Source: an uncultured Lachnospiraceae bacterium (GTDB lineage: Bacteria > Bacillota > Clostridia > Lachnospirales > Lachnospiraceae). Taken from it: a DNA stretch of 64,000 bases. Position numbers and translations under genes: made by a program. Positions 61,166-64,000 of this stretch are shown one piece after another; position 1 is the stretch's first letter, and each line of letters starts with the position of its first letter. Under the pieces are notes generated by a model that did not search any database, was not told the origin of the DNA, and saw only the letters and a list, made by a program, of their open reading frames with translations. The stretch spans positions 19,018 to 83,017 of the forward strand of contig CAMWFQ010000017.1 in NCBI GenBank assembly GCA_947173495.1, in the 5' to 3' direction.

Positions 61166-62287
61166 CTACCTGTCAGCATATAGCTTTGGCATTTTATTTA
61201 CCGCATCCAAAGCTTTTTTCATATTTACGTTAATAGTTTTAAAATACCATTTCAAGGATTGCGGCCTAACTTTATTTTCCATAGCAATCTTCTTAAGTGC
61301 CTCTTCTCTTGTTATATCGCCCTCTCGAATTTGGTTGCTTCTTAATGTGTCATTTTCTGTAAATCCTGCCACTTTATAATAAATGTAATTGTAGAAAGCA
61401 GCTGTGCCATCGCCTATTCGCCACGTTGTTGGTGTTTCCTCATCCAACTCCCACTGATATTCATTAATTAGCGTCTCATTTACCACATTCTCATCCCACC
61501 TTACATAGTGATATAAATCCACCTGCTCCTGCTTAATGTTATAAAATGAGAAGAACGCCTTGATCGTATCTATCAGCGAACTATTTATATATGCCGGATT
61601 GGTTATATAATGCCGGAGGTAATACTCTATAAGCTGATGCTTCCCTGATTTTTTCAGATGATGTATCTGCTCTGCCCCAAAGTTTGGTCTGACCCCACAG
61701 AAGCCTGTCTTAAAGTCCGTTTTTTCAAGAGGATTCGTCCCGATAAAAACCGTGTTTATGCCACGCTCTTTTGAAAGCTTATTTACCTCTGCAAAAAAAG
61801 CTTTATCGCCCGCTGTGAGCAATGGAATCATCCCCAAATCAGGCTTCCTGCACCACGCCCTTACATTTTTCGCAATGTATTCTCTCTTCTTTTTCTTATA
61901 CCTGTCGTTTACAATCCGCTCCACTCCAAGGGAATCACACATCCTCTTCGCATTTTTCTCTCCGATCAAAGTGCTCATCCCCCAATCATACGTGAATACA
62001 AGAGGGTGTAGATTAAGCTCTCGCACAACATAATGCAACAAATAACTTGAATCCCTACCACCGCTGAACATAACCATGCAGTCCTGGCTACCATCACAGC
62101 TTCTGATACGATTCGCTATTGCGAGAAGCTCGTCCATTGGTTTGAACTTCATTTTTTTATAGTTTCTGCAATAATTGCACACTCCCTCTGAGTCAAACTC
62201 AATAAAAGGCATCGTATCAGGAAGAAGGCACCTAGAGCACCTATGTAGATTATTTATCTTTTCAACGTCTATCATATATTTATTCAT
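61166..62287 (-). CDS. N-type ATP pyrophosphatase / N-acetyl-sugar amidotransferase (WbpG-like)
   Basis: RCSRCLLP..EFDSEGVCNYC, FSGGRDSS, TWRIGDGT, RSNQIREG; RBS GGAGG before ATG 62287. Confidence 0.75.
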   Translation of the reverse strand: MNKYMIDVEKINNLHRCSRCLLPDTMPFIEFDSEGVCNYCRNYKKMKFKPMDELLAIANRIRSCDGSQDCMVMFSGGRDSSYLLHYVVRELNLHPLVFTYDWGMSTLIGEKNAKRMCDSLGVERIVNDRYKKKKREYIAKNVRAWCRKPDLGMIPLLTAGDKAFFAEVNKLSKERGINTVFIGTNPLEKTDFKTGFCGVRPNFGAEQIHHLKKSGKHQLIEYYLRHYITNPAYINSSLIDTIKAFFSFYNIKQEQVDLYHYVRWDENVVNETLINEYQWELDEETPTTWRIGDGTAAFYNYIYYKVAGFTENDTLRSNQIREGDITREEALKKIAMENKVRPQSLKWYFKTINVNMKKALDAVNKMPKLYADR

Positions 62288-63079
62288 AGTTATTATATCC
62301 TCCAATATCTTTTGATCATTTTGCAAATCTGGTTCCACCAGTTAGCACTTTAGATCCACTTTTGCGACAATTCACAGAAGGGATCCACCCTCATTATCTT
62401 TTTCTGCAAAATAGCAGTGGGAATCTCTCCCACATTTTACAGAAAAGGAGGACGTTCTATATCTACCTTGGGCTTCATCAAGACACTCATCCTCCAAGGC
62501 TTTGTCGGCTCAGGAAATATATATCTTGCCTGTGCGCCGGACAAACAGGCCTGCCTGCACCAGATCCGCAACACACTATAAGCTTGCTCCCGGATCTTTT
62601 GAGGGAATATAGTGATGCCGCCTTTGTACCCAGGAAACAGAAACAACTACTAGACTGATATGGAAAACTTCCCTGTCTTGTCATGAATGAATGGTTAGTT
62701 TTCGACATCTCAGATAGTAATTTGAGCTCATGGGGCGGCGTTCATACTCCACCTACCTCATCTTTCTGTACCCAGTACCGAAAAAAGGACTGAATTAGCG
62801 TCTGGGAGAAGGGATACGGGCGGAGGCAGTTGTAGACTGATATGCCTATACTGCATTCTGGATAAAAACCGGTAGCACAAATATGCGGGAATAATTTACT
62901 AAAGCATGAAATAACCTGTTGGCGGACGAAGCACAGAGGCGAACCGTTGGTTCACAAAAGAGATTCAATGGAGCGGGACAAAGTTCCACTCCGGATCCCT
63001 TGCCGCGAAATAATCACCTTTTATGGTACTATTCCTATAATACTCACGTTTTTCAAGATAAATCCCCCTCCATTTGTCT

Positions 63080-63965
63080 TAATACATCGAATAATTAATG
63101 ACTAGCTTGATTGTGCATGTATGTTATAATAAATCATCTGATAAAGAGAGGAGTGTTGATTATGGCACATGCAAGTATATTAGATATTAAACAGGAAGAT
63201 TATGAATATCTTCAGTCTTTGTGTAAATGCAGAACAATACAAGCTCAGATTGTTGATCGTGCCAAACTATTAATATACAAAGCACAAGGTGAATCAAATG
63301 CCGCAATAGTAACGCGCATAGATGTTAATATGAATACTGTTTAAGCTATTTCTAAAAAATTTAAAGAAGGCGGGGCTGTCCATACAGTTTCCTGCGGTAA
63401 AAAAACGTCATATAGAGGCAATCTCAACGGCAGGGATAACCTACCTCCAACAACGGATACAGGGTGTATTATCGTGACGCAGAATATAAACGTTTAGGAA
63501 CCCTTTCCTCGCTAGCAGGAATCGGCCTGCTGACAGGGGAAACAATTCCGCTAGTCAGCGAGAGCCATAAAATTTCGAATTTTATTAACTTACTAAAAAC
63601 TGAACAGCCGATATCCAGAAAGGGATGTGATACGCATCATATGCGATAACCATTCTGCCTACAAGTCCAAGGAAACGAAAAACTATCTCGTAACATGTCC
63701 GAAGGGGACGGTTTGTCTTTACAACCACACATGAATCCTAGTTAAATATATATAGAAAGTTTCTTCAATAAGATGACAAAGCAGATGCTAAAAAGAATCC
63801 ATGTCAAGTCAAAGGAGGAACTTGCTAAGCGTATATATCTATATTCAAAGAGGTCAACAAGGAACCGGTTGTTTATCACTGGACCTATATAGTGAATGAA
63901 ATCCGTCAGGATGAAGCTGTAAAATCAACTGTAATTAGGCTAGTTATTAATTATTCGATGTACTA
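63080..63965 (+). mobile_element. Degenerate, internally deleted IS630-family element
   Basis: 27-bp inverted repeats at 63080-63106 and 63939-63965 (25/27 match, TA at the outer ends); fragments HTH (63162-63344), RDAEYKRLGTLS, DNHSAYKS, IESFF..MTKQML, EPVVYHWTY with stops and frameshifts. Confidence 0.88.
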
Positions 63966-64000
63966 TACAATAATGATATAGCCACAAGGACTATAGCGTT

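Noticed and set aside
62340-63060. Intergenic stretch with short ORFs, small hairpins and a weak shared GGATCCCTT at both ends
   Set aside because: Possibly a decayed gene or element, but I could not match it to any transposase, group II intron or ncRNA family; an Rfam/ISfinder search is needed
1-64000. CRISPR arrays, tRNA, rRNA, riboswitches
   Set aside because: No regularly spaced repeats or recognisable structural RNA signatures seen; intergenic gaps are mostly short

Overview
64 kb from a low-GC Gram-positive anaerobe; gene style suggests a Lachnospiraceae-like clostridium (inference). Nearly all of it is a mosaic cell-surface glycan biosynthesis and decoration locus, mostly on the minus strand. 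(1) 1-29.2 kb: GT-C-type membrane transferases, MBOAT/SGNH and AT3 acyltransferases, a VTC-DUF4956-CotH-CotH module, and VioA/VioB and FdtA/FdtB/GNAT amino-sugar pathways. (2) 29.4-40.5 kb: an islet of plus-strand acyltransferases enclosing a RADAR-like anti-phage pair (P-loop ATPase plus adenosine deaminase), flanked by an ImmA/IrrE-type metallopeptidase and an unknown 82-aa ORF. (3) 40.9-62.3 kb: a tightly packed minus-strand gene run combining sulfate uptake (sbp-cysTWA), PAPS synthesis and recycling (cysD, cysNC, cysQ), a family-2 sulfotransferase, flippase, methyltransferase, deacetylase, two amidotransferases and an MBOAT frameshifted at a G7 tract. This predicts a sulfated surface glycan. 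IS66 and IS630 remnants are present. No rRNA, tRNA or CRISPR array was seen. Family assignments come from motif recognition by eye, not database searches. Several starts were adjusted from the ORF track using RBS evidence.
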